Both the position numbers and the translations under genes were made by a program. This document shows, one piece after another, positions 38,101-50,100 of a stretch of DNA of 64,000 nucleotides. The stretch is from contig NMRA01000020.1 of the NCBI GenBank assembly GCA_002633005.1, forward strand, positions 1,074,803 to 1,138,802, given 5' to 3'. The DNA is from Phoronis australis. Its lineage: Eukaryota; Animalia; Phoronida. The notes under the pieces are model-generated. The model did not search any database. It was given only the letters and a program-made list of their open reading frames with translations, and was not told the DNA's origin. Position 1 is the first letter of the stretch; the number at the start of each line of letters is the position of its first letter.

Positions 38101-41100
38101 TGTAATAGTTATTATACATCATTATAATTATTGTAACAGTTGTCTTTGGTGCAGGGTATCTCAAGAAGTTTGCTTGAAAATTTGTAACCTATATATTGGA
38201 TTTGGTGTATTCAGGAGACAGTCAGTTGGACACCAGAGGTCGCTGTGAGTGGTCACTATGATGCCGTTCAAGACATTGCGTGGGATCCTGATGGTGAATT
38301 TTTAATCAGCTCCAGTGCAGATCAGACCATGAGGCTCTATGTGCCTTGGAAGCGGAAAGAACAGATGGTATGTTAAAAGTTTTAATAACCGAAAATTCGT
38401 TTTCCCCACAGACTTTTCTCGCCATTACCTAAATTACAAATACAGCACACATCACGAAATTTTGTCCGCCTGGTCGGAAATTGGTCGACGACTAGCTGTC
38501 GACCGGTCGGCAAATTAGCCGACCGGTCGGCTAAAAATTAGCCGACCAGCAGCCGCCCGCAGTGCCGACTCATAAGGCGACCCCACAGCCGACCCTGTAG
38601 CCGACCGGCCATCAGCCTACCAGCTGGTCGGCTGCTGTTTTTAGGCTAGAGTACCAGTTGTGTAATAGGTTGTCAAGCTCATACCACTTTGCGTGTCGAT
38701 GCATATTCGTCATAGCACAGGGTCAACTAAATTTACCTAGTTTTGCTGTCTCGGTTACATGAGTTCACGTCGGTTGTGTAACACCACTACTTCGAAGGTT
38801 GAAGGCAAGCGGCATTAGTAAACATTGGATTATGGACAATGCAACAAGTTTTGGATGAAATACGTGAAAGTTTTCTTTACATTTGATCTTTAATTTGACT
38901 CGTGACATTAACAAATTGTATTAGATCGGTTGCTTCCCGGTCAATACAACGCTGTATAGTCATTTTGTAAACGCGGCTGTTTTTCGCAGTCTTCGCCCAC
39001 AATTGATTTTGTTTGTGTAACGCCAAACTGCATCGTTTTTGCGTGTTTTAAGTTTTTCACTGGTCTCCTATCAAGCGCCCATGATGAAGGATTAGTGAGT
39101 GAGTTGTTACACCGCGAAGAGTTCTCACTCCGGGGATTTTATTTTCATAGTATTGACCCTTGCAGTACAGACGCGAAATTCACGGTCCAGTATGCCCTAA
39201 ACCCATGGACTTCGATGGCTCTAACTTCGAAATCATANCATATTAGACATGCATATTGCATCATACCTCATCAGAGTAAAACTTGTTATCAATGATAGTA
39301 GAAACAATTATTTTTATCATTGCCACAAGACGTTAACAAACGCAGTCAGTGTCTGGAACTGTTGTGTCTACAGTCTACATTGCTGATGAATTAAAGTCGG
39401 TCTAATTCCATTTTTATATCACTGATCCATGCCAAAGGTTTGAAATTGCGCCCCCTTAAGAGTTTTGACTTGCACTGGTGATCACTAAAATCCGATGCAA
39501 ACTTATAGAAGTTGTTTTTTAACCAGGGTAATAGAGCTGAAAATTCTGTATGTTTTCGTTTGCGAGAGTGTTATTTTTGAATTACTGAGTTAATAATTTT
39601 TACGCTCTACATGAAAACAAAGACAATTTTTTTAGGATTACCCGTACCAGGTTACCCCGAAAATGTTATTTTCAAAGTTTTACCCCCTGGAGTATACGCG
39701 AAACGCCAAGTATTGTGTTCTTACGCCAAAGGGCTCGGAAGGCTCTAGCCTTGGTGCGAAGGTGTTTACTAAATTAAATACACAAATTTATGCCATTGTG
39801 GGTAAAAGTGACCGAATAAACTCTTTCCTAGAGTAATCTAAATTATTTACCAGCGTTGCAAAATTTGGTTTTCTACAATTATTCTGCTGCTAAAATTAGG
39901 GTATGACCTTTTGCGTCGACTTTCGACGCAATGAAATATTGCGTCCCCTATTAGTCAGTTTCTTTTTCCCAGATTCTTCAATCAAACCCTCGAGGTTGCG
40001 TAGACGTCACGACAAATGATCAGAATTGGTTTCACTTCATTATATGTTTTTGGAATTTTGATATCAGTGAACCAAATTTTAGAACAAATTTTGCTGAGAT
40101 GTTGTCACCATCTAATGGGAGATGTCAAAAACATTTTGAAATTGGCGCGTGTGAACTCTTTTCAAAACGACGACATACGTTTTTTCGTTACAAAAGGCAG
40201 AGAATTACGCAAGAAGATGACGTCGGATGTTTTTCGTTTAAACGGCCGTAACGGGCAACTTGAATGCCAATTGGCTTCCAGAGTTTGCATGCGAACTCAC
40301 CGGTCTTGAGCTCATGTTGATACAAGTTTTTCGACGAGGTGACAAGCGTACATGTAACTATCCGGGCTGTGTGAAGTTTCGAGGTCTGTTTGAGCTCAAT
40401 ACGCAGTGGCACCTTGCTGTATTTTGAAAATAGTCTTCACTGCTAGGTGGCTAGATAGGAAGGCTTTAGCTTCTAAAATTTTTTTACTGCGAAAGTGACA
40501 ACAATTTCAGAATGATGATGGATGATGGATTACACTATAAACCGATCACAGTCTTCCATTTTCATGCGCCCATGATTTAATATCGGCGCTATGTTCAAAC
40601 CATTGTTTATATTGTTCCTAAAATAAACTTGGGTTCTATTGCTGTACCAACATATGAAGAAATTATACAGAAATAAACAATAATTATCTGTGGTAAAGCG
40701 CAATATACAGCGTGATGAAGTGATGATCAAGAGCAATAACGGATGAGCGCAAATGCGTGCTGCTTGTTGAGCAATCCGCGGCATGAAAACATTTGAGGTC
40801 GTGAAATATCTAGTGTTGTATTCTGATTTTTATGCAATTTTGCTGTAAATTTCAAATTTCGTGCTTGTTTTTATGCATGATGTACTGTATAAAAAGTCTC
40901 ATATCTAAAGTTAGAAATTATTTTTCCGCTATATCACTTAACGTTTGATTTTACCACGCCGTCAATAATTCAACATAAGGTTTTCGGTTTGTGTAATGTC
41001 ACGCACTTTGTATTTGTAGGTTGATTCGATTTTACCTCCATTCAATAGTTGAACAAAATTTGATAAACGGATGTCAAGACCGGAGTTGCCACTGGTAAAC

Positions 41101-44100
41101 GAACAGCGAACAGTTAAATGTTTGTTTGTCCAAAGTTCACCCGCTAAGTCATAAAATGGTAATTGCCGACCAAGGACACGCTTAATCCGAATTGGTCGTC
41201 TACGCTAGGCGACCAATTAGCCGACCCAAGTGCCGACCACAGAGGCGACTCAGCAAACGGCTCCTAGCCGACCGTTGTTGGTCGGCTAGACGACCGGTCG
41301 ACGGCCGGTCATCGACCAATTTCCGACCGGTCGGCCAAAAATTCGTGATTTGTGCTGTAGGTGGGTGATGCGTAGCCGGCGTGGTAAAACAATAAAATGT
41401 TGATTGTAATATCATCTTTGACTTTTTTCTAAAGGTGCGCTAGACTGTAGTGGGCACTGGCATATTTTAAACATAATTGACAGCCAAAATGTTTTGTTAA
41501 TGACCTGATGTTTGTGCACTTGTTAACTGTTTACCAGTTTTGTTTTGTACATAGTGTGGTGGCTGAGCTAGTCATCTGTTTCAAGTCATCTTGACCATTT
41601 TCCACTAGGTTGATCATTTTTGTCATGAATTATGTAAGTTAAGTTTGTCCCTCATGATGTATACTCTGAAAATCATCTTCATAATCGGAAAAGTGGGTTT
41701 ATGACCTTTTTAAAAGCAAACAGGACTCGGTCAAGAGACTGAATGATGACAGGGTCAGACGTGTTGGGTGCACCGAGCACTCTTTAAAATGTCATTTGTC
41801 TGCACAGTCACCGTTTCAGTTAATATGTAATCATCCCAAATGATTGTCAGGGAATACTTGATCACTGGCAGATTTTGTCTGTCGAGTGTTTCGTAAACCA
41901 TTTTAATGTTGCTGTTTTTGCAGTTTGTTTAAAAATTTTCTATATTAAAGTTAGCTTTATTTTAATTTGTACATGTAAGTCATTTTAAAAAATAGCTCAG
42001 GTGAGGAGAATTCGCAGTGTCATTTGTGAAACTGAAAATTATAACATGACGGATGGACTTAGCAATTTGAGCTTGAAACAAATTACTGCAATATCCAGGA
42101 GGTTATGTAACACTGAGCCTGTCATTTGTGTTAAACTTGACAGTTAATGAAGCAGTAGATCCTGTTTAATTGAAAAATATTCACCAGCAACGTCAATTTA
42201 CCATTTGAAACCAAATGTTCTATGTAAGCTTTTATTAACCGTCATCAGTTTAGTAAATTTATTTACAACTCCGCAGTACAAAGTTCTTTTATACCGACAA
42301 AGTGCTACCAGCACTTGGTGTGCAGAATGTAGAGGGAGGTTCTGAGGATTTAGTTTTCATCTTCCCTTCAAAGCCATTCAGGTAGAACAATTAATTGCAA
42401 AATCATTGCTGATCAAAATCTGCTCAGCGGACTTTAATTGCTCTTTTACAATATAGTACAAGCCAGACAAAATGGCCTGTCCTGACTCTTCACATCACCT
42501 GTAATCTGACTTCTGGCAATCATTTTCTGCCGCCATAATGTACATACTACTCACAGCACATCCATCCTATTATAATGTTCATAAAATAAATAAATGTACT
42601 GTGCACTAAGTGGCTTGATATTAACAACTTGATTATGGTTACATAAAGCTTTATTGCGCTAGCACTAATGTCCTGTTCACATCAACTGAACCCAATTAAT
42701 ATCCTGTTAAGACTTTTTCCCATCAAGTAAAATGCAGTACTAGAGAAGCGTTGGTGTGAAGTGCACTAATTAACTTCAGTGTTCCCATTAGCTTCTGTAG
42801 ATAACAGAAATCAGAGTTCTCACTTGGTGACGTCATTGTCATTGAAGTTATCACTAGGTGGTGTAATGTGACTGTCACCATTGTCCCAGTAGTGACTACT
42901 GCCAACAACTTTGATGGCCACCGAAATTGAGCATTCCTACTGTAGCAACGTGTCAATGTTCAATTCACTTATTTACTGCAAAGTAAACTTAAGCAGTTAC
43001 TTTGTTCCAATTTTTAAAAGCGTCTCCACTTGTCGACATTCCCGTAAACGCCGAAGTATCGGCATTAATGAGAAAGGCATAAAGTTCCTGGTTTTAGTTG
43101 CCTGATAACAGTGTCACTGAATTCCTTTGATAAACAAATAGAAATTTTACAAACTGTAACTGATAGGAGGCTCAGTGTAGGAATGGACGTATGAAGGTTA
43201 CAAAATGATGCACCCACATACATGAGGGTGCGTAAAAGCATTATTTAAAATATGTTGGGAAAAACCAATGTGTTAACACAACACGTTTAATATTATATTT
43301 ATTAATTATTATGTTAACAGAGAGTAACAACCATGCTACAATTATTGCAACTTTTACAATCAGTTTTAAACTGCTCGGATGAAGAGTGATATCTTTTAAA
43401 CCGCGCGGGTCATATCAACGTGGTTATTAAAAACCAAGGTTATAACTCTCGGTCTGTAACCTTTCAAAGCAGTGTCATCTGTTGTACTGTTACAGTACCA
43501 AGGTTATATACCTCTGCAAGACCAGTATCCAAATACATGCCTAGGATCAATGTTTGTCCAAAGGGAGGAAGCTTTTCCTTGTAAACATTTTAGTACGGTC
43601 GTGCATTTTGCAGAGGTGAGCACTCTAAACGATTAGTTTATGCTGCCGTATCACCGTGTGGCATCTTTAAACATGAAGTTTAATTAACTTCATGTAGGAA
43701 CACTAGACACTTTCACACCATAACAAATTCAATGAAACAAAATATTCTTTGCAATGTTATTTCTTTATAATTATGCTCCAGTACGTCATGTACATGCAAA
43801 ATCAGTTGGATTTTAAGCTCTGATTCAACTTCTGATAGAGATTTTAAATTGTTAGGCAACAGAATCTCTATTGTATGCCCTTAGGGCATTGCATCAGATC
43901 ACACGGTTTGTTTACGATTTGATTAGATGGGAAGTATGGGAATAGTTTGTAGCTCTTCCCTGTGTTAGCTTTCCAATGAATTACCCCCCCCCCCNGACAG
44001 CTGCTGTGATGCGGGAATTCCACATGGTTTCAACTGTCATGATGAGGAGTAACGTTTTTTGCCTTTGCCTCAATATCTGCAAACTTAAGTTACTTGATGA

Positions 44101-47100
44101 ATTTGGTATGTGTTCCACTTGAGATCAATACTCAATGATCTTGATTTTGGGATGATTCCAAAGACTGTGGCGTCTCCTAGAGGCAATTCGGGTATTCTTT
44201 GCATGTGACTGAAAATTGGCGAATAGGTTTGTATCAAGGTGACAGCCTCGTTTCAGATGGATTTGACTTATGCAGCGTCCCATATTGGTAGTATGCTGCC
44301 GTCTGCGATGCAGGTGTGGGCACATTCCAATGCTTCACATTGCTGTTTGTAGTATTTTTAAAAGAGATCTCTTTGTATTTGAAAAATTTAATTTGAGTCA
44401 TCAGTCTGGGAACACTGCTTTTCAAGCTCACTTTGAAAACACCTGGATTAGAATAATACAAAGATAGCTTAGGTTGTTAAAACTGCCTTCAAAATACAGT
44501 GAAATTTATTTCCCATAAATATTTAAAAACAAAATGAAATGTCAAAGGCAATTCGAGGAACTAAGTGTATAATTTGTCATTTTTATTGGTTTGTTTATTT
44601 GCAGGCCAAGTTGATCATGTGTTTGAGTTTGAGTCATAGTATTTTGTAAGTTTCTGGCTTCCTATTACATAACTGCTTTGAGGTGTTTTCAATAAAAATT
44701 CCTAGAACTGTTATGTAATTCGTGGCTTGTGTAAATCAAAAACTGGACACTAATTTCCCTGCCTTATGCATACCATCTTGCTAGTTGTTGTTGCTATGGT
44801 GAGACAGAAAGGTAACAAGTCTGCCAGTGTCTCAAGTTTTATGGTAATGGCCATTTGATTATCGTCTAGGAGGCTCCCTATGGTGTTAGTTTTTGTTCAT
44901 AAAAATGTTCAGTGAAAGTTACAAATGGTGTGAGGTTCCTTGTGGGTCATTGCTTCCTTATTTGGTAATTTGTAGTCACCGAGTGTGTCTCACCTATCTT
45001 GCTCAGCGATGACTGGACTCCTGGTGATAGACTAATTATGCTGCGAATGCAGGTGTCAACAACCGGTAATCGAAGCTTTCTCTGTAATAGCTTCCATTGG
45101 TCACCATGAGATCTTTGTGACCTCTTGACTTAGCTCTGATGAGTAATGTTTGTGGGGCGCTTAAGTATTAGAGTGCTAACCGTCTTTGCCATAAACAACT
45201 GAGCTATTCGTGTTGAAAGCTACTGTCAGTGATGTTCAGTGCTTAACATTTGATAAAGTCCTCACCCTATTTGTACAAGTGTGCTGCTGTCATAGTTAAG
45301 CTGAAGCGGCTTCAACATGGCAACAAAGATTACGCGGTGGAACAGTTTTAACAAGTATGACGGGGATTCTCTGGGTGAGAGCGAAATGAGACCTCGGAGC
45401 AGCACGTGGTCAGAGACAAATAAAAAGCCACCGATTCCTCGCCAAGTGAACAAAGATGGTGCCTCTAGGGAACCAGCTTTATCCCGGAATGACAAGAGCT
45501 ATCTTCAGAGACAGTTTCAACTGGGCCATAAGGCTGTGAGCCGAGAGAAATTAACGAGTAAAGCTGACCAAAACCTCATCAACTCACTACAAAAGCAAAT
45601 TCAGAACATTTCAATTCCAGATGACTCTAAGCCTCAACCAAAATCTATTTTGAAAAAGCCGTTGCGCCGGGAACAGAGTCTTGAGTCGGACCCTGGTGGT
45701 AAGACTGTGAAGTTTGGCTGTGGCGTGAGATCCAGCTCACATTTCGACCTAAGTGACTTGGAGAAACCAACCCTAATGTGTGCAGACAGGAACGGTAACG
45801 TGTTCCCTCTGGGACGCAGGCGTGCCAGCGCCGAATCCTCAATTAGTTCAAGCAACATTCGCCGAGTGATTCGCGATGAACTTCTCGAGTGCACAATATG
45901 CTTAGACCGTTTGAAATTTCCCAAGATGCTTCGCTGTATGCACACATTCTGCTTGCAATGTCTCCTTGAAGTTGTAAGTAGTGAGCAGATGACCTCTTCC
46001 TTTTTGTGTCCTGTTTGTCGCGAAACCATCCCAGTTCCAGAAGATGGTCTCGAGAATCTGCCAACAAATATCTATGTACTTAAACTTCTAGATTTAGTTG
46101 GACCGAAAACCTTGCCTGTTTATTCTGAAAACAATGAGCCACCAGAAAGTCCATCTACTGATTCATCATCACCACCAACTACACCTGGGGTGTTACCCGA
46201 CTCCTTTGTCAAGAGAAAAAACTTTTGCAGCTTCAAAGTTCATGAACAAATTCGAGATCTTGTGTTTACTTGTGACAACAGCTACCTGGTTGTTGCCTGC
46301 GCCGATGCCATTAGAATCTGCGACCTCAGCGGTCGTGTGTTGAGGCTCATTCGCCATCTGTCATTGGCGGCTCCAAGTCGCGTTGCCGTTGGCACCAATT
46401 TCATTGCAGTTATAGATAGAATGGAACACAATGTGAAGACATTCTCTCTGGAAGGAGATCTACTGGGCAAGACCAATGAGGCCTGCAAAGAACCAATGAG
46501 CATTGGCGTTAACAGTTTGGGCGAAGTCTACATTGCCAGCAATAAAGGAGAAGTGTCCGTTTTCAGTAAGAAGTTGGACTACCTGAGGGAGTTTCCTGTC
46601 AGCGAAGTGTACAGGCCGTCTCACATGGCCTTTACTAGATGGGACGAGTTGATCATCTCTGACAGCTGGGACAATGAGATCAAGGCCTTTGATAGCTTTG
46701 GTAACCTGAAGTTTATGTATTCGCCTCGCAACAATACAGAAGGTTCCAAAAAGGTACCTTTCAACCCCATTGCTGCAGATAAGAGTGGAATGACATTTGT
46801 GGCAGATAGCCTTCGAAGTCGGGTTCACGTTGTCGACACCCACGGAAGATTTTGCGGTTGTGTCGCCACAAAAGCTGAGGGCGTTTGTCTGCCTGTTGCT
46901 ATGGCTACCAGTGGCTGTGGCTATTTGGCATTAGCGGACAGCCAGGAAAACATTAAGATCTACAAGTACCGCAAATAATGATTCCAAAGGTTACTGACTG
47001 AATTGTAGAGCTGTTTTAAGGTTACAATTGGACAAAGGAAACCAAAAGTTTTTTCATTGATTATCAACACATCATAAATGTTTAATTGTTATGAGTTCAT

Positions 47101-50100
47101 GTACCTTTTTGATTTATTTTGTTGTGCATTTTGTGTCACTAATATTTTGTTACCTCCATTATTGGAGCTTACAAAATTAGTACTTTTAAATACAAAGTCA
47201 CGCATCTTATCATCTAATTGCTGTTCTGAAAGTTCCTTTTGATTTCATTGGGCTTTCTGAAGAATTTTAAAATTTTTAAAAACCTAAGGTGCTGTGTCAG
47301 TAACACCTTAAAAATAGCCTAGGGCTTTTCTTATCAGTAGGACTATGTTTGTACCATTCATATCCAACGTGATGCAAATATATTCCAAAAAACCAATAAG
47401 TACATCCCCTAGTTTTCCATTTTCAAAAACAGAAATCTTTGTAAGCAAATATGTATATTATATATTTCATTTTGTTAAGTAACGTAAAAGTGATCTGGAA
47501 ATTATCTACTAATTCTGCTGAATTATGTTATGGCTCCAATACCAATTTGCATGTCAAGTTTATGGTTTCTCAAAGCTGGAATAAGATCAGCCCCACCTTC
47601 AGAAACAATTAACAGTTACTTGAACGTGTCTGCTGCAAAATGTTTGTCAATTGATTTGTGACCAGGATATGTTGAAATTCTGGAATTGTATTGATGATTA
47701 AAAAACAAAATATATTGGAATTGTGGCACTTGCTACATTGCAATATGAAAATCCGGCATTCAAAATCTCTAATTCCGCAAAAGAATTCACTTTATGTGAA
47801 TTCCGAAAAAACTAAGAGTCTCTAAATAAGTGAAAGTCTGAAATGCATGTCACACTCAATTTATTTTTCCGACTTGGTTTTTGGTCTTTGAAATTTAGGG
47901 TAAGGTAAGAAACTGTGTCAAACATCCCTGGCTTCTTAAGTACCCTCATAAGTTTTGTAAGCACAGAATTGGAGACAAGAATTTGATTTGTGACAATAAA
48001 AGGCTAGTGTTTATATGTGGTTTATGTTAATACCTGTCTGTCTTCCTTGTATCTCACATTTTAACTGCCTAAGACCATAAACATCAAAGACAGCAGCTGT
48101 ACAAATTAATCTGAATTATGAGTAACAAGTACCTATGAATGAAGAACGCCTAGGGCAACCTAAAGTTTTATAACTTAATTATGTGTATTAGACCCCTTAA
48201 GTATTATCCAGGCGTCTATTTTTTGCTATGGGCTCACATTCCAATATCTTTTTTGTAACTTTGCAAATATTATCACTGCCCAATTTTAACTGACAGTGTT
48301 CATACTTTTCTAGAGTATAAATTTTTCAGAATCTAGCCATTTGAAACTATGTTAAATCAAAATTCAAATCTCTTTTCCAAGTTCTGCTCGTTGAAGGTTA
48401 GGCTATCCTTCCTAGCAGACAGTATACCTTAAAATTTCTTATAGAAGCCCAAGCAGTGTGTGTTTTAGAGCTGACTTCCATTGGAGACTAGCATCAATTA
48501 ATGAGGGACTGGGCGTTAATTGTATTTTGCCAACCATCCACTCCACAGTCACAGATGCCTCTCGAACTAGGATAGTGTTGGACACCTGGAGTTTACTAAC
48601 TTCTTAGTACTCATATCCTTCAGCTTCTGTTAGAACCTTATGTGTAAACTGCCTACTTCCCTCAAGTCTTACTTCATTTGTGACTACGTGGAGTCTTATA
48701 TAAGCCAGCAATAGATTTTCAGACATTACACGCCCTCTGTATTTTAATTCCTTCAGTTATTTGGATGAAGTATTTCAAATTTTATTAATCAATTTTCCGT
48801 CCTAAGGTCAAATGGAACAAAGCAAGTAATTTGTATGTAAGAACAGAAAAGATTGAATACTAGATTGTCGTTTGGGAACCGTGCTCAGGTAGCTTTTTGA
48901 GGAACCAACAATGGTTTTGAAGTTGTTGTCAGCCAGGGTGCTTTTTTGGAAAATCCCATAGTTCAAGAAGTTACTAAATCAATCATCAATGAGTACTAGG
49001 GCGTCTATTCTGACTACGTTTTACCGTATTCCTTCAGTTAAAAAATGATATGAATTTAACTTTTTAGGAGGAATTTAATTTCAGAAGCCAAACTGTTTTT
49101 TTTGCTTTTAAGTTTTTATTCAACAATATACACTTATAACACTTCAGTTAAAGGGTGAATAAGAAAAATGGTGCAGGGCTTTCACACACACACTTTCACA
49201 TACTTCATCATTTAATAAGTCTAAGAAATAATACTTAACAATAAGTGAATTTAAGATCCGACAGATTCATTGCATGGCAGCACATTCTAATTTTAATGTT
49301 GTCTCACTCGTTCATTTTGTTTTTGAATATTAAATATTGTAATTTTAACATATTTCAACATGAATCACTTAAAGGCCAGCCAATCTGGACGAAGCTGCTG
49401 TTGGTAATAAGTAAATAAATAAAATGTTGCGTGACAGTGATAATTAATCAACGGAGAGAATTCAGGCAAAATGAATTCATTTTTGTTATTTTGACATCAT
49501 CCTTAAGGGAAGATGTCAAAATATCTTGAACATCAATCAACAAGCTTTGCACTACATTACAATGCAAAAACTTGTGTTGTTATTCTGCACTAGATTAGGG
49601 ACATTTATCCGAATTAACAATCTTCATCTTATGTAACAAAGAGATAGTATACACACTGCCATGCAACAACACACTTAAAAGTCAGATTTAATGCATGGAT
49701 CCAGGGGAAGTATAAAAGGCAAGGGATAATTTTTTTGATATCTTGTTTTGAGCAATGCTCACCATAACAAATTTCCGTAATTATCTTTTGCAATGGTTCT
49801 CTAAACTATTGGCCAATTTATGTCATACATTTTCTTAAGTTCAAATTGGTTGTCGAAAAACAGTCCTTTGCATTTTTGGTTCTTTAAGACCAGACACCTC
49901 ACCAACTCTTCTGAGAAATTCATTAAAGCATTTTGTCCTGAATAAATAAGATTGTATTATCAGCGTACTGGGCTCTTTTGACTTCACGCCCATCAATTCA
50001 CAATCCTATGGGATTATTTCTAATGTAATGGCACACATAGTATATAAAAAATTGACTACTTGAAGGGTGCCCTTGACAAAAACCTCTCTTGATGTTAAAA

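Noticed and set aside
38215-45330. ELP2 exon 12 spliced in-frame to the start of the RING-NHL ORF (fusion protein)
   Set aside because: An in-frame TGA at 45302-45304 precedes the ATG, and nearby AGs give stops or the wrong frame; there is no sequence support for a full fusion.
45634-46843. Antisense and alternative-frame ORFs over the RING-NHL gene
   Set aside because: Shadow ORFs of a real coding sequence with no motifs.
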